Assembly: GCA_963750165.1 (NCBI GenBank)
Contig: CAVVPN010000003.1
Location: 736,001 to 800,000, forward strand
Reading direction: 5' to 3'
Length of the DNA stretch: 64,000 nt
Source of the DNA: an uncultured Gemmataceae bacterium
Lineage (GTDB): Bacteria > Planctomycetota > Planctomycetia > Gemmatales > Gemmataceae
The position numbers were made by a program, and so were the translations under genes. Every line of letters begins with the position of its first letter. Positions within the stretch are counted from its first letter, which is position 1. Below are positions 52,855 to 62,065 of the stretch, piece after piece. The notes under the pieces were generated by a model. The model was not told the DNA's origin, did not search any database, and was given only the letters and a program-made list of their open reading frames with translations.

Positions 52855-53670
52855 ATGGCAAACGCACAACCCGCGCGCATTCACCCGACGGCGGTGATTT
52901 CGCCTGAAGCGGAACTGGCCGAAGATGTCGAGGTCGGCCCGCATGTGGTGATTGAGGGCCGGGTTCGCGTCGGGCCGGAATGCGTGCTGCGGCCGGGCGT
53001 CCACCTGTTCGGGCCGTTGACGCTGGGCCGCGGCAACCTGCTCTACTCCGGCGTTGTGCTCGGCGAACGACCGCAACACTCCAAATACAACGGCGAGCCC
53101 ACCGGCCTGGAAATCGGCGACCACAACATCTTCCGCGAGCACGCCACGGTCCACCGCGCCACCACCAACTCGTGGACGACGCGCATCGGCAGTCACAACT
53201 TCTTCATGGCCAACAGCCACGTCGCCCACGACTGCGTGGTCGGCAATCACTGCATCCTGGCCAACGGGGCGCTGGTGGGGGGCCACTGTGAGTTGCACGA
53301 CGGCGCTTACCTGTCCGGCAACTGTGCGGTGCATCAGTTCGTGCGCGTCGGCCGGCTGGCCATGCTCAGCGGCTGTTCCGGCACCACCAAGGACATCCCG
53401 CCGTTCATCATCCAGCAGAACATTGATTCGGTGGTCGGCGTCAACGTCGTCGGCATGCGCCGCGCCGGCATCGACCACGCCCAGATCAACGCCGTGCGCC
53501 AGGCCTTCCGCGTGCTGTTCCGCGAGGGCCGCGTGCTGCCGCAGGCGCTGCTGGTGCTGGAACGCGACCACGCCGAGGTGCCGGCCGTCCTGGAAATGGT
53601 GGCCTTCCTGCGCCAGGCACGGCGCGGCATCAACCCCATCCGCTCGCGCGGCCGCGAAGAAGCCGCCTGA
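52855..53670 (+). CDS. lpxA: Acyl-ACP--UDP-N-acetylglucosamine O-acyltransferase
   Basis: IHPTAVI hexapeptide repeats; IFREHATVHR; SHVAHDC; VHQFVRVG; KDIPPF; GVNVVGMRR. Confidence 0.93.
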   Translation: MANAQPARIHPTAVISPEAELAEDVEVGPHVVIEGRVRVGPECVLRPGVHLFGPLTLGRGNLLYSGVVLGERPQHSKYNGEPTGLEIGDHNIFREHATVHRATTNSWTTRIGSHNFFMANSHVAHDCVVGNHCILANGALVGGHCELHDGAYLSGNCAVHQFVRVGRLAMLSGCSGTTKDIPPFIIQQNIDSVVGVNVVGMRRAGIDHAQINAVRQAFRVLFREGRVLPQALLVLERDHAEVPAVLEMVAFLRQARRGINPIRSRGREEAA

Positions 53671-53764
53671 GGATGAGGGGGAGAGAGGGTGACAAGACAA
53701 CTGCTGTCTCCCCCTCTCCCCCTCTCCCCCTCTCCCCCTCTCCCCCTCATCCCCTCATCCCCTC
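53670..53764. repeat. Purine/pyrimidine octamer tandem repeats (CTCCCCCT)n facing a G-rich arm
   Basis: ggatgagggggagagaggg...ctccccctctccccctctccccctctccccct...catcccctcatcccct. Confidence 0.7.
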
Positions 53765-53876
53765 GCTTTGCCACTCCCGTGTGATAGAATGATGAAACCG
53801 ATAGCGTCGCCGCCGCCTCTTTTCTGAAGGCCGTGTGGCCGTTTCCTAGCAACTAAAGCCTCCGGGAGTTTCCCCC

Positions 53877-55202
53877 ATGCTGTCGTACCGTGTTCGCGGT
53901 GGGTTCGTGTTGGTCCTGGGCCTGCTGACCGTGGCCTGCGGGGCCGGGCGGGCCGCTGCCCAGGAAGGGCTCGGCAATGAAAAGGCCCTCAAGGCGGCGT
54001 TCAACAACTTCAGGCTCACCAACCTCCTCAGTGGCGCCGACAAGTATACGCCCGCCGACAAAGACGTCAGCAAAACGGCCGCTGAACTGTTCGTCTATCA
54101 GTTCACCTGGCGCGACTACTACCGCCCCAAACCGCTGCGCACGCCTCAGCAGCTGCTCAGGGACTTTCACGACCGCATGAAGCAGGCGGGCGAACTGGCG
54201 CCCGGCAACAGAGTCTTCATGGACGTGTTCTCCAGGGACCTGATCGATGCCGTCAAGTACGCCATGAAGTCCCTCAAGGTCGCGGAACAGCGGCAGCAGT
54301 GCGTCAACATCGCCCAGATGCTGTCGATGTTGGCCCTGTGCAAGAACGAGCAGGTCGGCGACTTTCTGACCGAGGTCGTGGCCGACTCCAAGCAGCACCC
54401 GCTGTACCGCTTCTACGCCGTCCGCGGCCTGCGCGAGTTCTTCCCCGTCTACCAGGTCACAGGCAAGGATGACCTGACCAGCAAGATCGTCCAGGACAAG
54501 CGCGCTCGCGCCCTGCAGCGCGTGGGCGCCGTGCAGGCGTACATCTTCCAGAAATGGGAGTTCACGCCGGGCGTCAAGGAGGAACTGGACGCGGTGATCT
54601 ACCAGCGCCGCGAAGGCGTGCGGACGCTGGCCCAGGCGGAGGTGCCGGCGGTCGAGGTCGAGAAGAACGCGCTCGGCGCCGCGATCAAGGTGGAAGGGGC
54701 GGTGGCCGTCAGCCTGATGAAGGTGCTCATGAAGGACGGCCTGACTCCGCCCGCGTCGCTGGCGGAGCGTGCCGAGGCGGCCATTGGCGTCTGCAAGCTC
54801 AAGGTGCAGAACCAGGACGTCTACCGCTCCGACCTGGCCGTGGTCCTGGTGGGGCAACTGCTGCTGGACTTCACCGAACAGTATGTCGTGGACTACAACG
54901 CCGCCGTCTCGACCAAGAAAATCCCGCTGCTGCCCTGGCGGGTGTACGCCGAGCGGTTGACCGAGGCGCTGAAGGATTTTCAGAAATACAGCCCGCGCGA
55001 GAACGAAACCCAGCGCAAGACCGTGGATCAGATCAAGGAACTGGTCGCCAAGGTGACGCCGCTGCTGGACAGCGTGAAGGCGCTGCAGCGCGTGGAGGCG
55101 CCGGCGGAGTTTCGGGACTTCGTGGGGACGCTGCAGCTGACCACCACCACGGTGTTCGAGGGCGTGCCGTCCACCAACCTCAAGGGCGGCAAGGGCGGCT
55201 GA
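53877..55202 (+). CDS. Secreted helical hypothetical protein
   Basis: 441-aa ORF with signal peptide and strong codon bias. Confidence 0.8.
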   Translation: MLSYRVRGGFVLVLGLLTVACGAGRAAAQEGLGNEKALKAAFNNFRLTNLLSGADKYTPADKDVSKTAAELFVYQFTWRDYYRPKPLRTPQQLLRDFHDRMKQAGELAPGNRVFMDVFSRDLIDAVKYAMKSLKVAEQRQQCVNIAQMLSMLALCKNEQVGDFLTEVVADSKQHPLYRFYAVRGLREFFPVYQVTGKDDLTSKIVQDKRARALQRVGAVQAYIFQKWEFTPGVKEELDAVIYQRREGVRTLAQAEVPAVEVEKNALGAAIKVEGAVAVSLMKVLMKDGLTPPASLAERAEAAIGVCKLKVQNQDVYRSDLAVVLVGQLLLDFTEQYVVDYNAAVSTKKIPLLPWRVYAERLTEALKDFQKYSPRENETQRKTVDQIKELVAKVTPLLDSVKALQRVEAPAEFRDFVGTLQLTTTTVFEGVPSTNLKGGKGG

Positions 55203-55274
55203 GCGGAGCGCGCTAAACCGCAAGCGGCAGACGTGGGCACTTCCGATCACGGGAAACCCTTCGAGAACCGGGCG

Positions 55275-57784
55275 ATGGCGGTCCCTCTGAAAACATCGGT
55301 GCGCTTCTTCAACCCAACCGGCCCCGACCGCTGCGCCCGGGTGACGATCCAGCCGGCGGCCGACCGCGAATTCCTCGTCATTCAGATCGAGCGCGGCACC
55401 AGGGCCACCTTGCTCAAGCACCACGAGACGCTCGGGCCGTACGCGCCGGATCAGGTGCAGGCCGCCATGAATGAGGCCGTCGCCGATTTGCGCGGGCAGG
55501 GTTTTCTGGAGGCGGGCATCGAGGCCCTGTTGCGCGGCCTGGAACACGAGGACGCCATCGTCCGCGGCCGCGCCGCCGAGAAACTCGGCTGGCGCCGCGC
55601 CCGCGACACGGTCGAAAATCTGCTGGCACTGCTGCCGCAGGCGTCGGAGGAGACGTGTCTCATCCTCGACGCCCTCGGCCGCATCGGCGACCCGGCCGCC
55701 GTCCCCAGCGTCCGTGCCTACGCCACGCGCAAACTGCTGTCGCGGCGCCGCTCCGCCGTCGAGGCGCTGCGCAACCTCAACGACGGCCCCGGCCTGGCCG
55801 AGGCGCGGACGCTGGCCCTGGAGCGGCTGCCGCAGTCCATCCGCGATCTGGTGGAAGAGCCCGGCACCACGGCGGCGCAACTGGCGCAGCAGGTCAACCT
55901 GCTCGACGCGCTGCAACTGAGCCTGGCGCTGGACACGCTGTATGAACTGGCGACGCCGGCGTGTATCGGTGCGGTGCGTGAGGTGCTGGACAAGACCACG
56001 TTCGACCGCGAACACCTGTGGCGTGCGACCAAAAGCATTTACAAGCGTGCCCTGCTCCGCCAGGATTTTGTGGCGTTCGGCTGGCTCAGCCACGCCATCG
56101 AGGCGCGCGGCCGCGTCTCCAAGGGCGCGATCGCCACGGTGAAATCCGGCCTGGACGGCGTGACACGCAAGACGCGCATCTTCGGCCGCAACACCCAGGA
56201 TTACCTGCGTCGCCTGGCCTGGCGGTATCTGCGCAACCTGGCCCGGTATCGGCCCGAGGACTACGCCGCCGCCGCCGCCGAGGCCATTATCCCATACACG
56301 CCGCAGGAGGCCGCCGGCCGCACGCGCGCCACCGGCTTCGCTGGTCTCTACCTGCTACACCGCGTTTTGCTCGACAAGAGCACGCGCTTCCACTTCGCCG
56401 GCCGCGAAATGCGCTTCCGCCTCAAGAGCGCCAAACTCAACAAGGTGACGCCCTCCACGCACGAGGAAGCGTTTGAGGAACTGTGGGAGGCACGGCCGCG
56501 GGCGTACCTGCGCGTGCTGACCGCGGCGAAGCTGGTGGACGCCCACGAGTTCGCCCTGCGCGGCCTGATGCCGAAACATCACGCCGTCGTCCGCGCTGCC
56601 GATGACGCCGAGATCATCGCCTTGCTCGACGCCCCGTATGAGCCGACGGTGCAACTCGGCGTCACCGAACTGGAGCGGCGCTTCGACCCGGAACACCCCA
56701 ACTGGGATCTGCTCCAGCGCTTGCTCGCGGACGAGCGCCCGTTGCCGCGCGAGCTGGGGCAGCGCTGGCTGGCGCAGACCGCGCCGCTGTGGCGCGCGAC
56801 CCGGAGCGCATCCTGTTGTTTTTGCGGCTGGCGCACCCCAAGGCGCGCGGCGCCGTCATCGACGCGGCCAGGGCACGGCTGGCAGCGGACAAGCCGCTGC
56901 GGCAGGTGCTGGCGAAGATGGTGCTGACGAGCCTGCAAGCTCCGGAGTCGGCGCCCGGCATTCATGACGCGCTGGCCCGCCTGGCGGTCGAGGTACTGGC
57001 GGCGGAGATGAGCACGCAGTTGAGCGTCGCCCAGTTGATCGGCTGGATCACCAGCGGCACGCCACACGTCAAGGTGCTCGCCGGCCGGCTGCTCGGCATC
57101 CACCCCGACGCGGTGCGCGAACTGGGGCTCGAACGGCTAACAGCGCTGGCGCAGCACGAGGTCGCCGCGGTGCGCGAGGCGGGTTTCGCGCTGCTGCGCT
57201 CCGCGAAGGACCAGTTGCAGCAGGATCCGTCCGTGTTGTTCGTGCTGATCGAGAGCGAGTGGGACGACGCCCGCACGCTGGCGTTCGAGTTACTGAAGTC
57301 GCTGGACCCGGTGGCGCTCGGCCTGGACGGCGTGATGGGCCTGCTTGACTCCAACCGTGTCGATGTGCAGAACACCGGCATGGAACTGGCGAAGCAAAAC
57401 TTCGACATTTACTCGCCGGAAAAGCTGGTCGAGCGTCTGGTGGAGCATCCGCACCAGAACATGCGCCGCTTCGCCCTGGAACTGGTGACCAAGCACCTGC
57501 CGCCGGGCACTGATCCGCTGGCGCGGCTGAAAGCATTTTGCCGGGCCGCCCTCTTCGACCTGTGGCCGCAGCGCAAGGTCAAGCAAGGGCTCATCGACTT
57601 CCTGACGCAGCGCGGCCTGGAGGACGCCGGGCAAGCGCAGGTGGTGGCGACGATCCTCGGCGACGTGGTGCGCGTGCAGGGGCGAGCGGATTTTGAGCAG
57701 GCGTTGACGGCACTGGTGCGGTTGAAGCTGGCGTACCCGGACCTGGAAACCACGGTGACGCTGCCGGCGGGAGGTGGGGTGTGA
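55275..57784 (+). CDS. WGR-like N-terminal domain + HEAT/ARM-repeat protein (retron-associated); frameshift near 56791
   Basis: N-terminal domain ends ...AVADLRGQGF as in WGR domains; HEAT repeats (VRGRAAEKLG, ILDALGRIGD, AVREAG, MRRFAL); ORFs 55233..56927 and 56789..57784 join if one G is added at tggcgcgcgac. Confidence 0.75.
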
Positions 57785-59515
57785 TCGTACAGATGGAGTA
57801 CAGCGGCCGCAGCGCCATCCTCAACGGCCTGCACGACGCCCGCGTGCAGTTCGCCACCAACACGCGCCGCGATCCGACGTTCTTCCGCGGCGAACTCGCC
57901 CAGCCGGTCCTGTTCCGCGAGGCGCTGGCGGCCCTGTATCACGTCGTCGTCAGCGACTACAAGTATCGGCCGCGCGACCGCCTGGAGTTCAAGGCGTGGC
58001 TGGAGGAGCAGGACAAGATTTTCCTGGCCAACCTCGGCATGAAGAGCGCCAAGGCCAAGACCCGCCTCGCCGAGTTGCAGACGCAACTGGATCTGCTCAA
58101 TCAGGCAAAGCGCGAGCGGCTGCGGCCGTTCCACGACGCCCGCCAGGATTATTTCCAGTTCGTCTACGAGAACGAGTACGAGGAGGAGTACCTCTTCGAT
58201 CCGGTCATCACCGTGCATCCGGACGAGGTGTCGTTTGAAGCGTTCTCGCGCGATGAGAGCACTTACGGGCGGCTGGCGGCGAAATACGAGTTGTTCCGCA
58301 AGGTCGATGAGTTCCAGTGCGGCACCACCAACATCGACTTCAGCGCGAAGCTGCACGGCGAGTTGGAGCGCATCCGCTCCTATCGGCAGACGCGCTTCGA
58401 CATCGCGCCGGCCGGCTTCACCGTCGTCAGCGACGGCGGCAGCCACCGTGAGAAGAAGATCGACCTGCCGGACAGCTGGATCATGGGCTTTTTGCAGGTC
58501 CACAGCACGATGTCGATGGGCCTGACGCGCTTCCACATGGCGCCGGTGGACCTGTACAACATCTGCCGTTACCTGCGCCGCCGCAAGACGCGGAAATCGC
58601 CGCGGGCGCTGCGCTACGAGTTCACGCCGGGCCAGCCAGTGCGGGCCGTGCTGGAGCCGTGGAACCATGTGATCGAACTGACCGCCGCGTCGCCGGTCCT
58701 GGGCGGCGCCCCGCTGGCGCTGGCGGACACGGCCGGGGCCGTCTACCAGGGCCCGAAACCCGTGACCATCCGCACGTGGGGCCGCGACCGTCTGCTGACC
58801 ATCGCCCGACTGCTGCCGGCGTGCCGGCGCGTGGACGTGTACCTGGCCGGGCAGGGGCTGCCGAGCATTTACGTCCTCGACCTGGGGCCGGTGACGTTCA
58901 CGCTGGCGCTGTCTGGCTGGACCGACAACGACTGGACCGGCGGTGCCAAGTTCGACCTGCTGGCCCGCCGCCTCCTGGTCAGCGCCACGGAGTTGAGCCA
59001 GACCTACGACGCGCCTGCGCAAGGAGCGCTACGCCACCGACGGGGCGCTGGCCAACGCGACCGGCCTCGGCGTGGAGAAGTGCCGCAGTGCGCTGTCGTA
59101 CCTGTGCCAGGTGGGCCGGGCGATGTACGACCTGGGCGGCAGCGTCTACCGGCACCGCGATTTGTTCCCGGAGCCGTTCACGGTCAAGGCCGCGGTCGCC
59201 GCCGCCAAGGCCCCCGCGGCGCCGACCAACCCGCAGGAAAAAGCGGCCCTGGCGATCTTCGAGAACGACGACGTGCGGCTCACATCGCGGCGGCCGGTCG
59301 AAACCGGCTACAAGTTGACCGGCAGCGCCAAGGGCGCCGACCAGGTGCGCGTGCGGCCGCTGCTGCACGTCGATCACGAGGGCAAGGTCATTGAAGCGAC
59401 GTGTACGTGTCCGTACTTCAAGAAGCACCAGCTGACGAAGGGGCCGTGCGAGCACATTCTGGCGCTGCGGTTGGCGCACATGAGCAAACTGGAAACGGAG
59501 GACAGCGCCAGTTGA
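57781..59515 (+). CDS. SWIM zinc-finger domain protein (retron-associated); frameshift near 59014
   Basis: GTGA overlap with upstream gene; DPVITVHPDEVSFEAFSRDESTY; C-terminal CxC-x12-CxH (ATCTCPYFKKHQLTKGPCEHILA) in ORF 59072..59515. Confidence 0.85.
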
Positions 59516-59766
59516 CGTTCCCGGCGGGCGGCGGTCCCGGCTGCGTTTAGCCATCAGTCTGGCGCTACGCCAGGCGGGCCGAAGTGTCTGCCATTCGTCA
59601 TGAACCCGGTCGTCACCCAGCGGCGATAATCGCTGTACCGCCGCTGCTGGGTCGAGTCCGCCGGACTCCGCGGCGGGACAGCGATTATCGCCGCCTTCAG
59701 TGGACCGGGCTCATCCGCAGGGAGTACGTAAACGCCGCGGGCCGTCGGCCGCCGGGAAACGTCAAC
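59511..59766 (+). ncRNA. Putative retron msr-msd unit 1
   Basis: Terminal IR gttgacgttcccggcgg...gcgttta / taaacgc...ccgccgggaaacgtcaac; candidate branch G at 59550 (TTTAG); msr hairpin gtctggcg-cta-cgccaggc; msd stem 59620-59694. Confidence 0.8.
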
Positions 59767-59798
59767 GAAATGCTGGAGGAAAGATGCCGAATTAACAG

Positions 59799-60046
59799 TG
59801 ACGTTCTCGGGGTGGTGGCCCCGGCCGCGTTTAGCCGTGGTGCGGCGTTACGCCGCGCGGGCCGCAGCGTCTGCCATCCGTCCTGGGCCCGGTCGGCACC
59901 CAGGTGCGCACGCCCTACCGGTGCGTGCTGCTGGGTTGGGTCCGCCGGACCCCACGCACACCGGTAGGGCGTGCGCACCTTTCAGTGGACCGCGCCCATC
60001 CCGGAGTGTACGTAAGCGCCGCGGGCCACCGTCCCGAGGAACGTCA
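59799..60046 (+). ncRNA. Putative retron msr-msd unit 2
   Basis: IR tgacgttctcggg...gcgttta / taagcgc...cccgaggaacgtca; candidate branch G 59834; msd stem 59902-59980. Confidence 0.8.
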
Positions 60047-60083
60047 ACGCAGTCGCAGGAAGGAAGGTCGCATTCCCAAAACT

Positions 60084-60327
60084 CGTTCCCGGCGGGCGGC
60101 GGCCCCGGCCGCGTTTAGCCATCCGTGCGGTGTTACGCCGCGCTGGCCGAAGTGTCCGCCATTCGTCATGGGCCCGGTCGGCACATCACGGAATTCACCT
60201 AGATGAGTTCCGCTGCTGGGTCAGGCCCTCCGGTCCTCGCGGAACGCATCTAGGTGAATTCCGCTTAAGTGGACCGAGCCCATCCGAGAGTGACGTAAGC
60301 GCCGCGGGTCGCCACCCGCCGGGAACG
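60084..60327 (+). ncRNA. Putative retron msr-msd unit 3
   Basis: IR cgttcccggcggg...gcgttta / taagcgc...cccgccgggaacg; candidate branch G 60118; msd stem 60189-60263. Confidence 0.8.
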
Positions 60328-60344
60328 TGCAACCGAGGTCAGCG

Positions 60345-60600
60345 TGAGGAGGTTTTCGGAGGGCGGCGGTCCCGGCCACGTTTAGCCATCTGTGCGGCGT
60401 TACGCCGTGCCGGCCGCAGTGTCCGCCATTCGTCCTGAGCCTGTTCGGCACCCGGCGGCCCGGGCATACTGGAGGCCAGCTGCTGGGTTGAGTCCGCCGG
60501 ACTCCGCAGGCCGCCAGTATGCCCGGGCCGCCTTCAGTGGAACAGGCACAGCCGTGATTGACGTAAACACCGTGGGCCGCCGTCCCCCGAAATGTCCTCA
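60345..60600 (+). ncRNA. Putative retron msr-msd unit 4
   Basis: IR tgagga..tttcgg.gggcggcgg...gttta / taaac...ccgccgtcc.ccgaaa..tcctca; candidate branch G 60385; msd stem 60454-60532. Confidence 0.78.
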
Positions 60601-60607
60601 ATAAATC

Positions 60608-60696
60608 GGCGAGCGGCGCGGCGTCAGCCCGCCGGTTCCGCAAGCGCCACCGGCGCCTTTTCTTATGAGGTGGACGAGGGCGCCGCGCCGCTCGCC
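60608..60696. repeat. Degenerate REP family B copy inside the retron locus
   Basis: Left arm intact; right arm has GGCTGA replaced by ~25 unrelated nt. Confidence 0.75.
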
Positions 60697-60712
60697 TTCT
60701 GTTGGAAACGCC

Positions 60713-62065
60713 ATGTCGCCGCTCACCCTGTTCTGGTTCCTGCTCGGCGACGCCACCGCCATCGAAGCGGTCGCGGTCGATCCGTGGGCGCCGCGGGTCG
60801 GCCTGGCGCTGGCGGCGACGACGGGGCTGGCGCGGCATTACGACAGCAAGGATCTGCTGCGGCAGCCGAGGTTCCTGGCGCTGCCGGCCGTCACCGCGGT
60901 GGCGCTGGCGACGCTGCTGTTCGGCCTGCTCTGCCTGGTGTTGCTGATGAAGGGCCGGACGTTGCCGCCGGACTCCGCGGGGTATCAGTCGTTCCTGGGA
61001 ATGTTCCTCTGCACCGCGCCGCTGGCCTGGCTGTACGCCCTTCCGTACCAGCGCTTCCTGAGCCTGGGGGCGACGGTGCGGGCCAAGCTGGCGACGCTGG
61101 GACTGGTCGCCGCCTGGCGCGTGGCGATCCTGGCCCGGGCGCTGACGGTGGTGCTGCACGACCCCACGGCCGGGTCGCTGTGCTTCGTGCTGATGGTCGC
61201 CGACGCGGTCGCCCTGGTGGCGCTGGTGGTGACCAGCAACCCGAGCGATGCCCGCTCCACGCCGCGCGTGGTCAGCGTCATGGGCGGCATCGGGCCATAC
61301 GTCACCAACAAGAAACAGGATGACTTCGCCCACCGGACGGCCGTGACTGTGGGCTGTCTTGGCGTCGTGCTCCTGCCCTTGTGCGTGATGGGCGTGAGCG
61401 CCGCGCCGCTGCCCACGGCTCACTGGCGGGCCTTGCTCGCCGGCGCCGCCCCGACTGCCCCGCCGGCGCCGGCCGTCTGGTGGCTCGCCGGCCTGGCGGC
61501 GCTGGTGTTCCTGGGCCTGGGTTGCTGGACGCAACCGTCCCAGTGGCGGCGCGGCCGTTTCGAGGCGTGGCTGCGGTCGGGAAGGATCACGGAGGCATTG
61601 ACGGACCTGTCGGTGCGCGGCCTGACGGCCTTCCCGCCGCACTGGCAGCCGCCGCCGACCGCCGACTTCCGCGAACCGCCCGGACTGCCCGCGGTGGTCC
61701 GGGCGGCGCTGGAGCCGGCGGTCGCACCGTGGGTGCGCGCCATTTACCTGGAACGGTTCGAGCGTTACCTGAGCCAGCCGCTGTGGTTCTGGCCCTATGA
61801 CGACGAACTCGGCCAGGTGATCGCCGTGCTGCGGCAACTGCCCGATGGCCAGGCCCTCGCCGCTCGGGTGCTGGACGCAGGCGCACAGGTGGAAGATTTT
61901 CTGAAGAAAAACGAAGAGATGGTGCGGAAACTGGAAGGACAGGGCGACCGCCCCGGGATTTCTCTCGTCCAACCGGAGCCGAAAATCACCGAGCAGCGCC
62001 CGGCCCTCCTCGCCGCGCTGGCCGACCTGGCCGGGCGCGGCGATCACCAGCGAGAAACCGCATGA
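60713..62065 (+). CDS. Multi-pass membrane protein with C-terminal soluble domain, translationally coupled to the RT
   Basis: About 7 hydrophobic segments in the first ~280 aa; its TGA overlaps the RT ATG (ATGA at 62062-62065). Confidence 0.8.
   Translation: MSPLTLFWFLLGDATAIEAVAVDPWAPRVGLALAATTGLARHYDSKDLLRQPRFLALPAVTAVALATLLFGLLCLVLLMKGRTLPPDSAGYQSFLGMFLCTAPLAWLYALPYQRFLSLGATVRAKLATLGLVAAWRVAILARALTVVLHDPTAGSLCFVLMVADAVALVALVVTSNPSDARSTPRVVSVMGGIGPYVTNKKQDDFAHRTAVTVGCLGVVLLPLCVMGVSAAPLPTAHWRALLAGAAPTAPPAPAVWWLAGLAALVFLGLGCWTQPSQWRRGRFEAWLRSGRITEALTDLSVRGLTAFPPHWQPPPTADFREPPGLPAVVRAALEPAVAPWVRAIYLERFERYLSQPLWFWPYDDELGQVIAVLRQLPDGQALAARVLDAGAQVEDFLKKNEEMVRKLEGQGDRPGISLVQPEPKITEQRPALLAALADLAGRGDHQRETA

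Noticed and set aside
59643..59652. Invariant GCTGCTGG(GT) loop resembles E. coli Chi (GCTGGTGG)
   Set aside because: One mismatch, Chi sequences are lineage-specific, and GCTGCTGG is very common in this GC-rich DNA (Leu-Leu codons).
59511..60600. CRISPR array or protein-coding interpretation of the four-unit repeat
   Set aside because: Units are ~250 nt with nested stems, the variable part is itself an inverted repeat, there are no cas genes, and overlapping ORFs are short and not kept in frame between units.
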